IMG/VR virus record: IMGVR_UViG_3300033996_001430 | Coordinates: 1 to 64,000 of that record | Origin: a virus | Strand: one strand, 5' to 3' | Length of the DNA: 64,000 nucleotides | Part shown: piece by piece, positions 1 to 9,725 of the stretch | How positions within the stretch are numbered: the first letter of the stretch is position 1 | How the letters are laid out: each line of letters begins with the position of its first letter | Notes under the pieces: generated by a model | Told to the model about the DNA's origin: nothing | Database searches by the model: none | Seen by the model: only the letters and a program-made list of their open reading frames with translations | Program-made: the position numbers and the translations under genes

Positions 1-241
1 CAGGAATCTCTTCATCATCCTGATTATAGAATACACCATCGGAATAACTAACAAGAGGTGTCCCCTCCTCAACCTCATCATTATAGGCATTCATAATATC
101 TTCAGGGGATGCAGAACTACCAAGTACGTATTTAGCCCCACTATATTCCCCTGAAATACGAATCATATCTTTTTTCTCATTTATTAATCGTTTAACAATA
201 CGAGTCAAATCAGACTCAGTCAATCTTATAACTTTTTTCAT
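1..241 (-). CDS. Hypothetical leader-bearing protein, partial (runs off window start)
   Basis: ATG at 241 gives MKKVIRLTESDLTRIVKRLINEKK..., the same leader as 1383..1763; TATTTAT motif upstream. Confidence 0.75.
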   Translation of the reverse strand, partial: MKKVIRLTESDLTRIVKRLINEKKDMIRISGEYSGAKYVLGSSASPEDIMNAYNDEVEEGTPLVSYSDGVFYNQDDEEIP

Positions 242-314
242 AATTTTAATTTAATAATAAATATACGACAAAATAAAAAACCCCCATAATAATACGGGGG
301 TAGTTTCAAAAAAT

Positions 315-671
315 TTATAGGTATTTGTGATATCTATGATCCAATCTCCTAAGGATAAACCCTTTTAAACTTTTTGGTATATCCCCAAAAGGTATAGAAT
401 AATATTCTTTTACATCGTTAGGTATTTCCTCGGACTCACCATATGAAATCAATCCGTGTTGAAACTCATCTGTATATAGTTGAATCAATATTTCCTTAGT
501 ATCAAAATGTATCTCAACAACATAAGCCTCATCACTACCGTTATATAATTCAATCCCCAATTCATTAACCACTCCATCAGGTACTTTAAGCCAAAGAGGT
601 TCCGTCTCAGTTAAAGATTCCATCAATACACCCCTAACTATTTTTCTTAACTTATTACCCATTATATACAA
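315..671 (-). CDS. Hypothetical protein
   Basis: ORF track; leader-like KLRKIVRGVLMES; hairpin terminator follows at ~276-305. Confidence 0.7.
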   Translation of the reverse strand: MYIMGNKLRKIVRGVLMESLTETEPLWLKVPDGVVNELGIELYNGSDEAYVVEIHFDTKEILIQLYTDEFQHGLISYGESEEIPNDVKEYYSIPFGDIPKSLKGFILRRLDHRYHKYL

Positions 672-994
672 CCTCTTGTTCTCTCTTTATAGAAGTTCCT
701 AATCTTATCACCATGTTCATCCATTAACATATTAATAAATCTCTCATAACCAATGTCGTCATGTATAAAATCAATCGTATCATAAATATGATAGTTGGGA
801 TGTTCATATTGTTCACCAATCTCATAAACAATACCCTCAACAAATCTTCTTAACGTGGGATAATTAACACAGAAGTCAACACCCTCATAAAAACCAACAT
901 CGTCAATCATATACTCCGCCTCATACATAATATCTCTTATCCTTCTAAGATAAGATAATTTCTTATTTTGATTCTCAGTAATAATAATCTTCAT
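662..994 (-). CDS. Hypothetical protein, MKIIITE leader plus 'RR' helical paralog family
   Basis: MKIIITENQ...YLRRIRDI; FC.NY motif. Confidence 0.75.
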   Translation of the reverse strand: MKIIITENQNKKLSYLRRIRDIMYEAEYMIDDVGFYEGVDFCVNYPTLRRFVEGIVYEIGEQYEHPNYHIYDTIDFIHDDIGYERFINMLMDEHGDKIRNFYKERTRGCI

Positions 995-1007
995 AACAAT
1001 AAATATA

Positions 1008-1286
1008 TTAACATTTACGTTCGTAGTATAATTCGGTTAACTCAACATAAAACATTTTCTTTAGTTCAGACATAATCCCATCATAATCAAAAGTGTTAAT
1101 CAAATAATATACAGGATGAAGTTCACCCATCATTATTAATACAAATTTTCTTTCATAATCAACAAAAGAAGTAAACTTACAAGGATTAACATAACTAACC
1201 GCCTCATCAAAACTATCCTTGACCAAATCGTATCTTCGTAGTAACCATATTTTATTATATTGTGACTCAGTAATAATAATCTTCAT
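1008..1286 (-). CDS. Hypothetical protein, MKIIITE leader plus 'RR' family
   Basis: Start moved to MKIIITESQ (1286), just downstream of TATTTAT; LLRRYDL, NPCKF. Confidence 0.75.
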   Translation of the reverse strand: MKIIITESQYNKIWLLRRYDLVKDSFDEAVSYVNPCKFTSFVDYERKFVLIMMGELHPVYYLINTFDYDGIMSELKKMFYVELTELYYERKC

Positions 1287-1382
1287 AGTAATAAATATAC
1301 AAGAAATAAAAAACCCCACTAAATGGTGGGGTTGAATTATTCATTTAAATGGTGGGGATTGACAACCCGAAGGGAAAAATTT

Positions 1383-1763
1383 TTATAAATTATCCAAAAT
1401 TGATCCTGATATTTCAGAACTTATAAAATCAAAATCAATATTCTTTCTACCCATATTCATTAAGTCAGTGATATTTTCATTGTAAACATCCTCATGAATA
1501 TCAGCCAATTCTCCATACTTTTCTCTAAATTCATTTTGGTATTTTTTTAAAATACTATCAAAATCAATATTGTTTAAAATATTATTAAACATTTCTTGAA
1601 GCTCCGCATCCATTTCAAAATATAGGTCAGAAGCATATTGATCTGCTTGTTTAAAATTTTCATAATAAAATTCATCTTCATCTGACTCTTCATCTGACTC
1701 TTTAACTAATCGTTTAATAATTTTAGTTAAATCAGATTCTGTTAATTTAATAATCTTTTTCAT
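1383..1763 (-). CDS. Acidic hypothetical protein with MKKIIKLTESDL leader
   Basis: Start moved to 1763, after the TATTTAT motif. Confidence 0.75.
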   Translation of the reverse strand: MKKIIKLTESDLTKIIKRLVKESDEESDEDEFYYENFKQADQYASDLYFEMDAELQEMFNNILNNIDFDSILKKYQNEFREKYGELADIHEDVYNENITDLMNMGRKNIDFDFISSEISGSILDNL

Positions 1764-1799
1764 AACAATAAATATAACCACCCGTTAATTAGTTCGGGG

Positions 1800-2040
1800 T
1801 AGTTCCAATTTTTTCCCAAAAATTTTTCCAGAATTTTTTTTACGAATATTTCATTTACGCCATTGAACCCCCTTTCTACCTGTCAAAAAGTCATATATGG
1901 GGGGGATACGGAGGGGGGGAGGGGTACCTATGTCAGATCCCCCATGAGGGAGGGGGTGTGCCAAACTATAAGGGGATCCCTACAAGTTATTAACAATATG
2001 GTTGTTGATAAGTTTACTTATGAGAAGTTATTAACATGAC
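1800..2040. other. Non-coding zone with T/A tracts, G-run cluster and DnaA-box-like 9-mers
   Basis: T/A tracts 1804-1850; G7/G7/G4/G3/G5/G4 runs 1899-1975; TTATTAACA 1987 and 2028; TGTTGATAA 2003. Confidence 0.5.
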
Positions 2041-2046
2041 AACCCG

Positions 2047-2550
2047 TCAGTCATCAAATTGTGGTATGTTACTATCTTTGGCTATGTTGATACTGTCTAT
2101 GTTAATGGTTCTTGGTTTGTGTAATGAATCCAATGCCCAACTGGGGATCTGATTTTCGGGGGTATTACTATATCGGTTCACCCTCATGTTAACAGGTAGT
2201 TGACTATATGCCATAGTGATGAACTTCTCCATCTGTTTATTAAACCTCCATCCTGTGATGTCTTCGTACTTTTCATCAAAGAAGTGTACAACGAATGACA
2301 TATCATCACTATCATCCATATAGAACTTCCATAGTCTTGGGTTATTAATAAACTTTTCTCCTATAGGTATGTTAAAGTACTTACTGAGTGTCAATGGATC
2401 TATTGTTAACTTGATCCCCAACATACTCTCGTAACTATTGAAGGGGTGTTTCTTTGATAGTGTGAGTGATACCACGAATGGATATTCTGATTGGACTATA
2501 CTCTCCAAGATCTTTAATCCCTGTTCTTGTTTTCTTGTTAACATATTCAT
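2047..2550 (-). CDS. Hypothetical protein
   Basis: 167-aa ORF, TATTTAT directly upstream. Confidence 0.65.
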   Translation of the reverse strand: MNMLTRKQEQGLKILESIVQSEYPFVVSLTLSKKHPFNSYESMLGIKLTIDPLTLSKYFNIPIGEKFINNPRLWKFYMDDSDDMSFVVHFFDEKYEDITGWRFNKQMEKFITMAYSQLPVNMRVNRYSNTPENQIPSWALDSLHKPRTINIDSINIAKDSNIPQFDD

Positions 2551-3027
2551 ATAAATATTAGGTTATGTCAAAAATTATCCGTACCTTTGTTATGTTGGTG
2601 GTTAAGTCCGAAACGGGCTGGGGGAAAGATAATCCCCTTGGAGTGTAGACTCCAACCTGCCTTATAAAAAAAAATAAGGAATATGGTTTTTTTACATAAT
2701 GCTCTTGTCCCCCATGTGGAATTTACTTATACTTACATTATGAGAAATAGTATAGAAGTATTTGTTGTGTTGGGGTCACTCCTGTTCGGGATGGCGTTAA
2801 TTAATTGGGTACATAATTTTACCCCCTCGTTTATTTATAGAGATGAAACTGAAATAGTGATTGAAGATGATATTGCTTAAGATCTTCCTATGGATGATTG
2901 TCGTAACCTTGACACTCATAACCTCACTATCAGTATGTGTCTTCATCATGACCAAGTTCCCCAAGTCTAAAGTGGGGAATTGGATCCGTAATCATATCAT
3001 TACAGATGAAGACCTTGAACCCCCAAT

Positions 3028-3327
3028 CTAACGTTGATCATTAAGGTAGTTCTCTACCTCACTTAATGAATGATCACGGATTAGTTTATTTATAGATGAA
3101 AGATCCTCACTACTCAGTGGGGATTTTTTGTGTATGTACTCTATCACATCCCCCATGTCAGTTGAAGTCAATACCAAAAAGTTTTGAACAATTGGTTTCT
3201 TTAGTCCCTTTGTAGTCACCTGTTCATAAACACACGTGCCAGAAAAGTTATGGTGACAATATGTCAGGGTTATGGTACCACCACTTTTGTTAATAACTTT
3301 GTTGAAAACTTCTAATATCTCTGTCAT
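3028..3327 (-). CDS. Hypothetical protein (uncertain)
   Basis: 99-aa ORF in a gene-poor region. Confidence 0.35.
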   Translation of the reverse strand: MTEILEVFNKVINKSGGTITLTYCHHNFSGTCVYEQVTTKGLKKPIVQNFLVLTSTDMGDVIEYIHKKSPLSSEDLSSINKLIRDHSLSEVENYLNDQR

Positions 3328-3943
3328 AGGGGGGAATTGTTAATAAATAAATATGTTAATTTTCTTGTTTTTGTCAAAATGTCAGTCGTGCTTTGAATAC
3401 CACACAATGCTTTTCCCACTTTTCCCCACTTGTAGTATAGTAAATGGTTCCCACCTTTTACCACCACTATTGGTCCTGTTGCTATGGTGAGAGTGAAAAA
3501 ATCCCCTCTGTAGATACCTACAGGACCACTTTTTTAGGTATATGAAAAGTCCAGCGAAAACTACATAGTTATAGTTCATTGAGCGTGTGTAGACATTTAT
3601 GTCGTTAGTAGATCACTTATAGATAACTAATAGATCATTAAAAGATAACTTCAACGACCACTTTAGTGGACCTTTCAACCTTTGACCCCTTAAAAATAGA
3701 CAACTAATATAGGAAGTAAATGAGTGGTAATTAGTGGGTGATCTTTTATATCATTCTCATCAGGTTTAACCTGACCTTAGTGATATGATTCATACCCTTT
3801 CATCTACCAACTAATAACACACCATAACAATTACCTTCATCAAGACCATTGGTCTTCCATACAATTACACATAATGTGTTACGCAAAATGTGTAATGGAT
3901 TTGTCTACTTATAAATGGGGTCATTAGTTTATGTGGGGGAAAT

Positions 3944-4015
3944 TTATACCCGATAGGGACAGAATTATACCCGATAAGGTATAATCATAAAAACATTATA
4001 CCCGATAGGGTGTAA
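3944..4015. repeat. Three iteron-like near-palindromic repeats TTATACCCGATA(G/A)GG
   Basis: Copies at 3944, 3965 and 3996 within an ~800-bp ORF-free region. Confidence 0.8.
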
Positions 4016-4347
4016 ATAGAAAATATAAGGTTGTGAACTTATATACGTATTTATCCGTATATATACGAATCCATATACGAATGGTTTACACTAACCTGTT
4101 TACTGTAAACAACATCATAGATAAACGGATATATTCCGATTAACCTATTATATAATGTAAACTTTCTATACCTGAGAACCTCATCATGTAAACGAAATGT
4201 ACATTACAGTAATCCCCATTACGATAAAGGATATGTGGTAAAATATAGGACAGATCCTTAATAGAAATGTAAACGGTAAATAACTTACATTTTACCGTAT
4301 GGTCTGAATATGACGGTAAAAGAGTATAGGATAAAATTAGGAATGAA

Positions 4348-4394
4348 ATCCGTAGTGAGTTTACGAACGGTAGGATGGAATGAGTAAATTGATC
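4348..4394. repeat. 47-bp direct repeat, copy 1
   Basis: ATCCGTAGTGAGTTTACGAACGGTAGGATGGAATGAGTAAATTGATC; 46/47 identical to 7314-7360. Confidence 0.9.
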
Positions 4395-4403
4395 ATATAC
4401 TCT

Positions 4404-5093
4404 TTATACTTTCCTTAGTTTTAATAATTTACTTATATCCATAGTAACATTCTTTGGTACGTGTGTTGGTGATAATGTTTCTTTCACATCTACTTTTGTT
4501 TTCTTCGCCAAATCATATATTGTTTTCTCTTCCGTTCCCACATTATATATTCCTTTCACATCAGAATTAATTAATCCCACAACCAATGATGATATTACGT
4601 CAGTGTAGTCGGCATTTGTTTTTACATCTGTCCACGCATGGTCATAAGTAAATGGATTATCTTTGTGTGATAATCTACAGATAAGATAATTGTTTGACAT
4701 TAACTCTATATGTGAATCACCTAATAGTTTAGTATATGAATACCAATTATTATCGTGTACAGGAACGTCGGTTTCTTTTGCTAATTCTACTGAGTTTGCG
4801 TATACATAGTCCGTTGATATATGTACTAACTTTGATCCCGTCTCATTACAATACGTTACAAGTTGTGATACAAATTTATAGTTAACATTCCATTGTTCTT
4901 CTTTTACGTTGGAGTAGGTGTTTGTGTTTGCAATACAGTTTACAATTACGTCATATCCGTTCATCTTATGAACCCATTCATCAAAATTATTTACATCTAT
5001 GTTATCCTTACCTCTTGATAAACTATCCCACCTTGTTTGGTAGGTTATCTCCCTTCCTAATTTTCCTTGTCCTAAAACTAATACTTTTAACAT
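4404..5093 (-). CDS. rmlD: dTDP-4-dehydrorhamnose reductase-like (RmlD) SDR
   Basis: GxGxLG Rossmann start, HISTDYVY, YxxxK (YSYTK). Confidence 0.8.
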   Translation of the reverse strand: MLKVLVLGQGKLGREITYQTRWDSLSRGKDNIDVNNFDEWVHKMNGYDVIVNCIANTNTYSNVKEEQWNVNYKFVSQLVTYCNETGSKLVHISTDYVYANSVELAKETDVPVHDNNWYSYTKLLGDSHIELMSNNYLICRLSHKDNPFTYDHAWTDVKTNADYTDVISSLVVGLINSDVKGIYNVGTEEKTIYDLAKKTKVDVKETLSPTHVPKNVTMDISKLLKLRKV

Positions 5094-5112
5094 ATTCTAA
5101 ATATAATAAAAA

Positions 5113-5136
5113 ATCCCCCATTTTTAAATGGAGGAT
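5113..5136 (-). terminator. Intrinsic terminator, ATCC(C/T)CCA-N6-9-TGG(A/G)GGAT family
   Basis: Hairpin with A-tract on + strand (U-tract on -); related copies at 5745, 11278 and 14501. Confidence 0.65.
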
Positions 5137-5163
5137 TAGTTATTTTTTTATTTGTGTAATATA

Positions 5164-5691
5164 TTATTCTTTAATATATTTTCTACCGTTCTTGATATAA
5201 AAAGAATTACTTGGGTGAGTCGTTATATCTTTAATTTCTCTTCCAAGTAAATCATAGTAATTGTTATCCATTAATGACGAATTTTGAGTTTGTTCAGTAA
5301 GTGATAACGAATTACAATCGTTAAGATTAGTTCCTAAACGAACGTAAGACGAATTATTTTGATCAGTGAATGTAACAATGTTTCCATCGCAACTAAATAC
5401 CATAAGACTAACCAAGATATTTCCAAAATTGTAATCTATAGTAATCGTATTATTAGTCACGGAATAATTTTCTGTCCCTGGAATGTGATTACCATCTCCA
5501 GCCTCAAAGGTGTTGTATAAGGAATCACAATTTCCTGCTATACAATAATAAGTAAATCGTTCACCATTTTCAAAAATATACATCGTATTGTCAAAGTTTG
5601 GCATTTTCCATTTACCTTCAATTGTGTTGTTTTGTGAGAATGTGTTGGTTGTGATCAATAGTAGTAGAGCTCCTAATAGTAATTTTTTCAT
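5164..5691 (-). CDS. Secreted protein with signal peptide and Bacteroidota T9SS-like C-terminal tail
   Basis: MKKLLLGALLLLITTNTFSQ signal peptide; C-terminal YYDLLGREI...FYIKNGRKYIKE. Confidence 0.7.
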   Translation of the reverse strand: MKKLLLGALLLLITTNTFSQNNTIEGKWKMPNFDNTMYIFENGERFTYYCIAGNCDSLYNTFEAGDGNHIPGTENYSVTNNTITIDYNFGNILVSLMVFSCDGNIVTFTDQNNSSYVRLGTNLNDCNSLSLTEQTQNSSLMDNNYYDLLGREIKDITTHPSNSFYIKNGRKYIKE

Positions 5692-5792
5692 AGTTTTTGT
5701 TTTTTTATAAGTATACACATTATAATAATGTTTGTAAATAAAAAATCCCCCACTTTACAATGGAGGATCTTAATTATTTTATGTGGAATGTA

Positions 5793-6818
5793 TTATTTTA
5801 TAATTCTTGTTGTATAGAATTTACCACCATCATCTGTAAGAGTAATAACATATGTACCACTACTTAATGTATCAGAGTTAAACTGAATGTTCTTAGTGAA
5901 ATACTTTTGTTGATATACACATTTACCGTCAATTGACATGATCCTTAGTTGACCACTGTTTGAAGGAGTATTGATGTTTACAACACCCGATACAGGGTTT
6001 GGCCATACTTTAATGTTGTTGGTTAATTCTGTTACACCCACAGTATATTCAGGAACAATATGTAATGTGTAGTCCGTTACTAAACTACCAGGTGACCAAA
6101 AACCTAATGTGTCAATTGTAAATGTTAGACATGAATCAACAACACAACCGTCTAAAGAACTTGCCGCTAAACATACGTTATATGTTCCTGTCGAGATATA
6201 GTTCACTGTTGGATAAGGTAAATCAGATGATTGTCCGTTTCCGAAGTTCCATGTCCATGAAGTTGCGTTAACTGTTTGACATACAATAAAAATTCCATTT
6301 GGTTCTGTAACTAAAGAGTCAGCAACAAAGTACATACCAATTGATGGAGTTGCCTCAATTAATCCATCACAGTTGTTATCAATACCATCATAACATAGTT
6401 CGGTTGCTCCTGGATAGACAGTTGGATCAAATGGATTACAATCAATATTATCCATGAACCCATCAAAATCTGAGTCTTGGTTTTGAAGTACTATTGTAAA
6501 TGTCTGAACCCCTTGTCCAGGACCAAGATATATTGTTTCATTTATACAAGACTCACCTAAACATGGTGAAGTATAAATCGCACAGATACTAACATTTAGA
6601 CTATCAATTGCAGGTACAACCGCCACATAACTTCCTGTAGGTTGTTGTGCGAAAGTAATGGATCCTTGAACCCCACCTCCATAATAGTTTCCGAACAATG
6701 TATATGGACATCCGCCAAGGTTAATTACATCAACGTTAAACGACGTTAATACTTGTGATGATACACTCAGTCCAATGAATGTGAAAAGAGTTAAAAAGAG
6801 TAATTTAATTTGTTTCAT
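5793..6818 (-). CDS. T9SS type-A sorting-domain protein with metal-binding (DxDxDG/DNNCDG) motif and PKD domain
   Basis: Signal peptide; DCNPFDPTVYPGATELCYDGIDNNCDG; WTWNFGNG (PKD); IKVWPNPV...LSSGTYVI...RIIK. Confidence 0.8.
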   Translation of the reverse strand: MKQIKLLFLTLFTFIGLSVSSQVLTSFNVDVINLGGCPYTLFGNYYGGGVQGSITFAQQPTGSYVAVVPAIDSLNVSICAIYTSPCLGESCINETIYLGPGQGVQTFTIVLQNQDSDFDGFMDNIDCNPFDPTVYPGATELCYDGIDNNCDGLIEATPSIGMYFVADSLVTEPNGIFIVCQTVNATSWTWNFGNGQSSDLPYPTVNYISTGTYNVCLAASSLDGCVVDSCLTFTIDTLGFWSPGSLVTDYTLHIVPEYTVGVTELTNNIKVWPNPVSGVVNINTPSNSGQLRIMSIDGKCVYQQKYFTKNIQFNSDTLSSGTYVITLTDDGGKFYTTRIIK

Positions 6819-6839
6819 TTTTGTTTTTTTTTATTTGTT

Positions 6840-7235
6840 TTATTTTAAAGGTATTAAATTGTAAATCCAAGCAAAGTCATTGTATTCAATAGCAAGAAAA
6901 TCTTCCCCCGATTCATTTTCTATTAAATAAAGTCTACAACGTTGTCCTGCCGTGTCATATGCGTACCAATATACTGCCGATCCTTCTACTTCCACATCTT
7001 CAGAATCCGAATAGATTGTATAGTGTTGACGTTGTGTCGAGTTAATAGTTATCACTGTTGGTTCAATCATAACCAATATGGACTCAATTACCTTAGGTCC
7101 TGACCAATCAAAATCTCCTGTTAATGTGTTTTTAACCCCCACATTTAATGTGGTTGCTCTTGCGTATGCGGCATCTTGAGTATACCCCACTAATAATAAT
7201 AGAGATAGTAAAAGTGTCGTTATTATTTTTTTCAT
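6840..7235 (-). CDS. Secreted hypothetical protein
   Basis: MKKIITTLLLSLLLLVGYTQ signal peptide. Confidence 0.7.
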   Translation of the reverse strand: MKKIITTLLLSLLLLVGYTQDAAYARATTLNVGVKNTLTGDFDWSGPKVIESILVMIEPTVITINSTQRQHYTIYSDSEDVEVEGSAVYWYAYDTAGQRCRLYLIENESGEDFLAIEYNDFAWIYNLIPLK

Positions 7236-7313
7236 AGTTTTGTTTTTTGTGTAAAGGTAAGCAATTTTACCTTACTTGTCAATAAAGACTATGGGATTAA
7301 ATTATGAATGGAT

Positions 7314-7360
7314 ATCCGTAGTGAGTTTACGAACGGTAGGATGGAATGAGTAAGTTGATC
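7314..7360. repeat. 47-bp direct repeat, copy 2
   Basis: Matches 4348-4394 with one mismatch. Confidence 0.9.
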
Positions 7361-7410
7361 CTATAATCTTTAATAACTTTGTTTTGATATACAAATAATA
7401 TTAACTATAT

Positions 7411-8220
7411 TTGTTTATTATGGAAGATAAAGTTTGTCGTAAATGTGAATTATTACAACCACGAGAAAATTACTATAAGAACATCAGATCAAAAGACGGA
7501 TTAACCATTGATTGTAAATCATGTGTGAAAAGTTATGTGAAAGAAAACAAGACCGATGAGTCCATTAAAATGAGTCAACTTAAAAAGAGGGCTAAGAAAA
7601 GAAATATGGACTTAGAAGATATCATTAAAGAAGATAACATTATTGAAGAATCTAAAAGATTAGGTATGAAATATTGTTATAGTTGTTTAAGAATTTTAGA
7701 TAAGTCTTGTTTCGGTAAACATAAAATATCTTCTGATGGTTTAAATACTGCCTGTAAAGAATGTAGGGTTAAGGTAACTCGCGATTATTATATAAATAAT
7801 GTGGAGACTATCACCAAACAAAAATCTATATACACCAAAAACAATTTGGGACGCATTGTTAAACGTCAATCTAAATACACTAAAAAAAGGATGGCTGAGG
7901 ATCCCATGTTTCGTTTGACCGTTAACCTAAGAAAGAGAATTAAAAACTATATGAAAAGTATCGGGATTAGTCCTAAACTATCTAAAGAAACTCAGGAAAT
8001 GGTTGGTTGTTCACCACAATCACTAAGAGAATATATTGAAAGTAAATTTGTTGGTGGAATGTCGTGGGACAACTATGGTGTTAACGGATGGCACTTGGAT
8101 CACATAATCCCATTGGCTTCCGCAAAAACCAAAGAAGAAATAATTAAACTTAATCACCACACTAACTTACAACCCTTATGGTCCATTGAAAATCTTAAAA
8201 AAGGTTCTAAGATTATTTGA
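7411..8220 (+). CDS. HNH-type homing endonuclease with two CxxC zinc-finger repeats
   Basis: CRKC...CKSC and CYSC...CKEC; WHLDHIIP...NHHTNLQPLW..ENLKK; opposite strand to neighbours. Confidence 0.75.
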   Translation: MFIMEDKVCRKCELLQPRENYYKNIRSKDGLTIDCKSCVKSYVKENKTDESIKMSQLKKRAKKRNMDLEDIIKEDNIIEESKRLGMKYCYSCLRILDKSCFGKHKISSDGLNTACKECRVKVTRDYYINNVETITKQKSIYTKNNLGRIVKRQSKYTKKRMAEDPMFRLTVNLRKRIKNYMKSIGISPKLSKETQEMVGCSPQSLREYIESKFVGGMSWDNYGVNGWHLDHIIPLASAKTKEEIIKLNHHTNLQPLWSIENLKKGSKII

Positions 8221-8300
8221 TCAGGGAAACCAATCTTAATAACTTTCTTCTTAAATGCTCACCCCTGACTTTAAACCTTTTATCTAAATCAGTTAAGAAC

Positions 8301-8645
8301 TTATCTAATGATTTGTTTGGTCTCTTCCCTTCTTATTCTTGTTATGGATTCTTGTAAATTCAACCTGCCCCTTACATATTTAACAAGTGGCCTTTCATAT
8401 TTCAAATAAGATTCCCAATAATCCGCATCAGGACCAAACTCATATATGTCTGGGAACTTTCTTGATTTAATAAATTCTCTTGTACCATCGTAGATTGCAG
8501 TATCCAAACTCTCACCATAATCAATCAATTCTTTAACATCATTGACCAACCACTCAAGGTCCTCTTGAGTAAGCCTTCTTCGGATATATATTGGTAAATC
8601 AGTTTCTTCCTTTAATACTTTCCTTATGTGTTCCTGTAATCTCAT
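8301..8645 (-). CDS. Leader-bearing 'RR' family protein
   Basis: MRLQEHIRKVLKEE; YIRRRL. Confidence 0.75.
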   Translation of the reverse strand: MRLQEHIRKVLKEETDLPIYIRRRLTQEDLEWLVNDVKELIDYGESLDTAIYDGTREFIKSRKFPDIYEFGPDADYWESYLKYERPLVKYVRGRLNLQESITRIRREETKQIIR

Positions 8646-8992
8646 CTAATTAATACATTATACATTGATGTAATCCTTTCTTGATAGTGTTTGGTTAACT
8701 GTTTGGCTAAACCATCAATTATCTCTTCAGACATTTCTCCACCATAAAAATACTGTCTTACACTTAATGAAGTTAAAAGATCCATTATAACCATTCTTGA
8801 GAACTCTTCTTCTGTTAATAAACCTGGATCTGACTTAAAACTTTTTATAAATATTTTTGACACATAATGTAATGATGACCCAAATTCCTCATCCATCTTT
8901 TCTAAAATCCTTGAAGGTATTCTACGTAACATCATTCTTATGTAGTTAGTCTCCTCCTTTAATACTTTCCTTATTTGTTCCTGTAGATTCAT
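8642..8992 (-). CDS. Leader-bearing 'RR' family protein
   Basis: MNLQEQIRKVLKEE; MLRRI. Confidence 0.75.
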   Translation of the reverse strand: MNLQEQIRKVLKEETNYIRMMLRRIPSRILEKMDEEFGSSLHYVSKIFIKSFKSDPGLLTEEEFSRMVIMDLLTSLSVRQYFYGGEMSEEIIDGLAKQLTKHYQERITSMYNVLIR

Positions 8993-9309
8993 TTTTTTAA
9001 ACCTTTATATAGATCCCTTATTATATCATCAAAATAATCGGAAACCTCCGTAACAAATTCTATTTCTTCTTGTTCAGGTAAATCTTCCCATCCCAATTCA
9101 TATGTATTATACATAATTGCTTCCACCGCCCGTAAAGTTAACTCATATTTAAATTGTTTGTAACTTTTTGTTTCAAAAAACACTTGTCGTGAGTTAGTTG
9201 GAAGTAACAATTTAACCACATCTAAATTAATTCTTCTATGAAAGAACTTTGATTCATTAATGGTACCCATCATTGATTGTATTCTTGATATTTGCTCGTG
9301 TAGGTTCAT
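8989..9309 (-). CDS. Leader-bearing 'RR' family protein
   Basis: MNLHEQISRIQSMMG; FHRRI...FKYEL, similar to the N-terminus of 26130 ORF. Confidence 0.75.
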   Translation of the reverse strand: MNLHEQISRIQSMMGTINESKFFHRRINLDVVKLLLPTNSRQVFFETKSYKQFKYELTLRAVEAIMYNTYELGWEDLPEQEEIEFVTEVSDYFDDIIRDLYKGLKK

Positions 9310-9725
9310 TGTAATATTATTTGATATTTCATATCGGAAACATATGGAATCATAGATTTGTCCCCTTGTTTTATAAACTTTAATCTATGTTTATGTTCAT
9401 TAAAAGGTTCTAACTTCGGGGCTTCATCTATTTCACCCATAACATATTTATGTGCTTGTGGATAGTTAATGGCATATATTTCTTTACCCTTTGAATACAC
9501 AATTCTAATGTCTTTTTCATTTCCTCCCCATAGTTCTAACTCTTGGGTGTATTTTGGTATATCATTTTTTTTAATAAACCAGCAATGTATTCCTTCATAT
9601 GGTAATTTATTTACTGTACCTTTATTATCAAACTTTTCAGTTCTAATAAAAACATAGTCATCATTGTTTTCACTAATAACCCCCATCATTGATTGTATTC
9701 TTGATATTTGTTCTTGTAGATTCAT
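9306..9725 (-). CDS. Leader-bearing hypothetical protein
   Basis: MNLQEQISRIQSMMG; ATGA overlap coupling. Confidence 0.75.
   Translation of the reverse strand: MNLQEQISRIQSMMGVISENNDDYVFIRTEKFDNKGTVNKLPYEGIHCWFIKKNDIPKYTQELELWGGNEKDIRIVYSKGKEIYAINYPQAHKYVMGEIDEAPKLEPFNEHKHRLKFIKQGDKSMIPYVSDMKYQIILQ

Noticed and set aside
2683-3579. ORFs 2683..2880 (+) and 3382..3579 (-)
   Set aside because: Short, atypical composition, no recognisable motif or upstream signal; located in the putative non-coding control zone.
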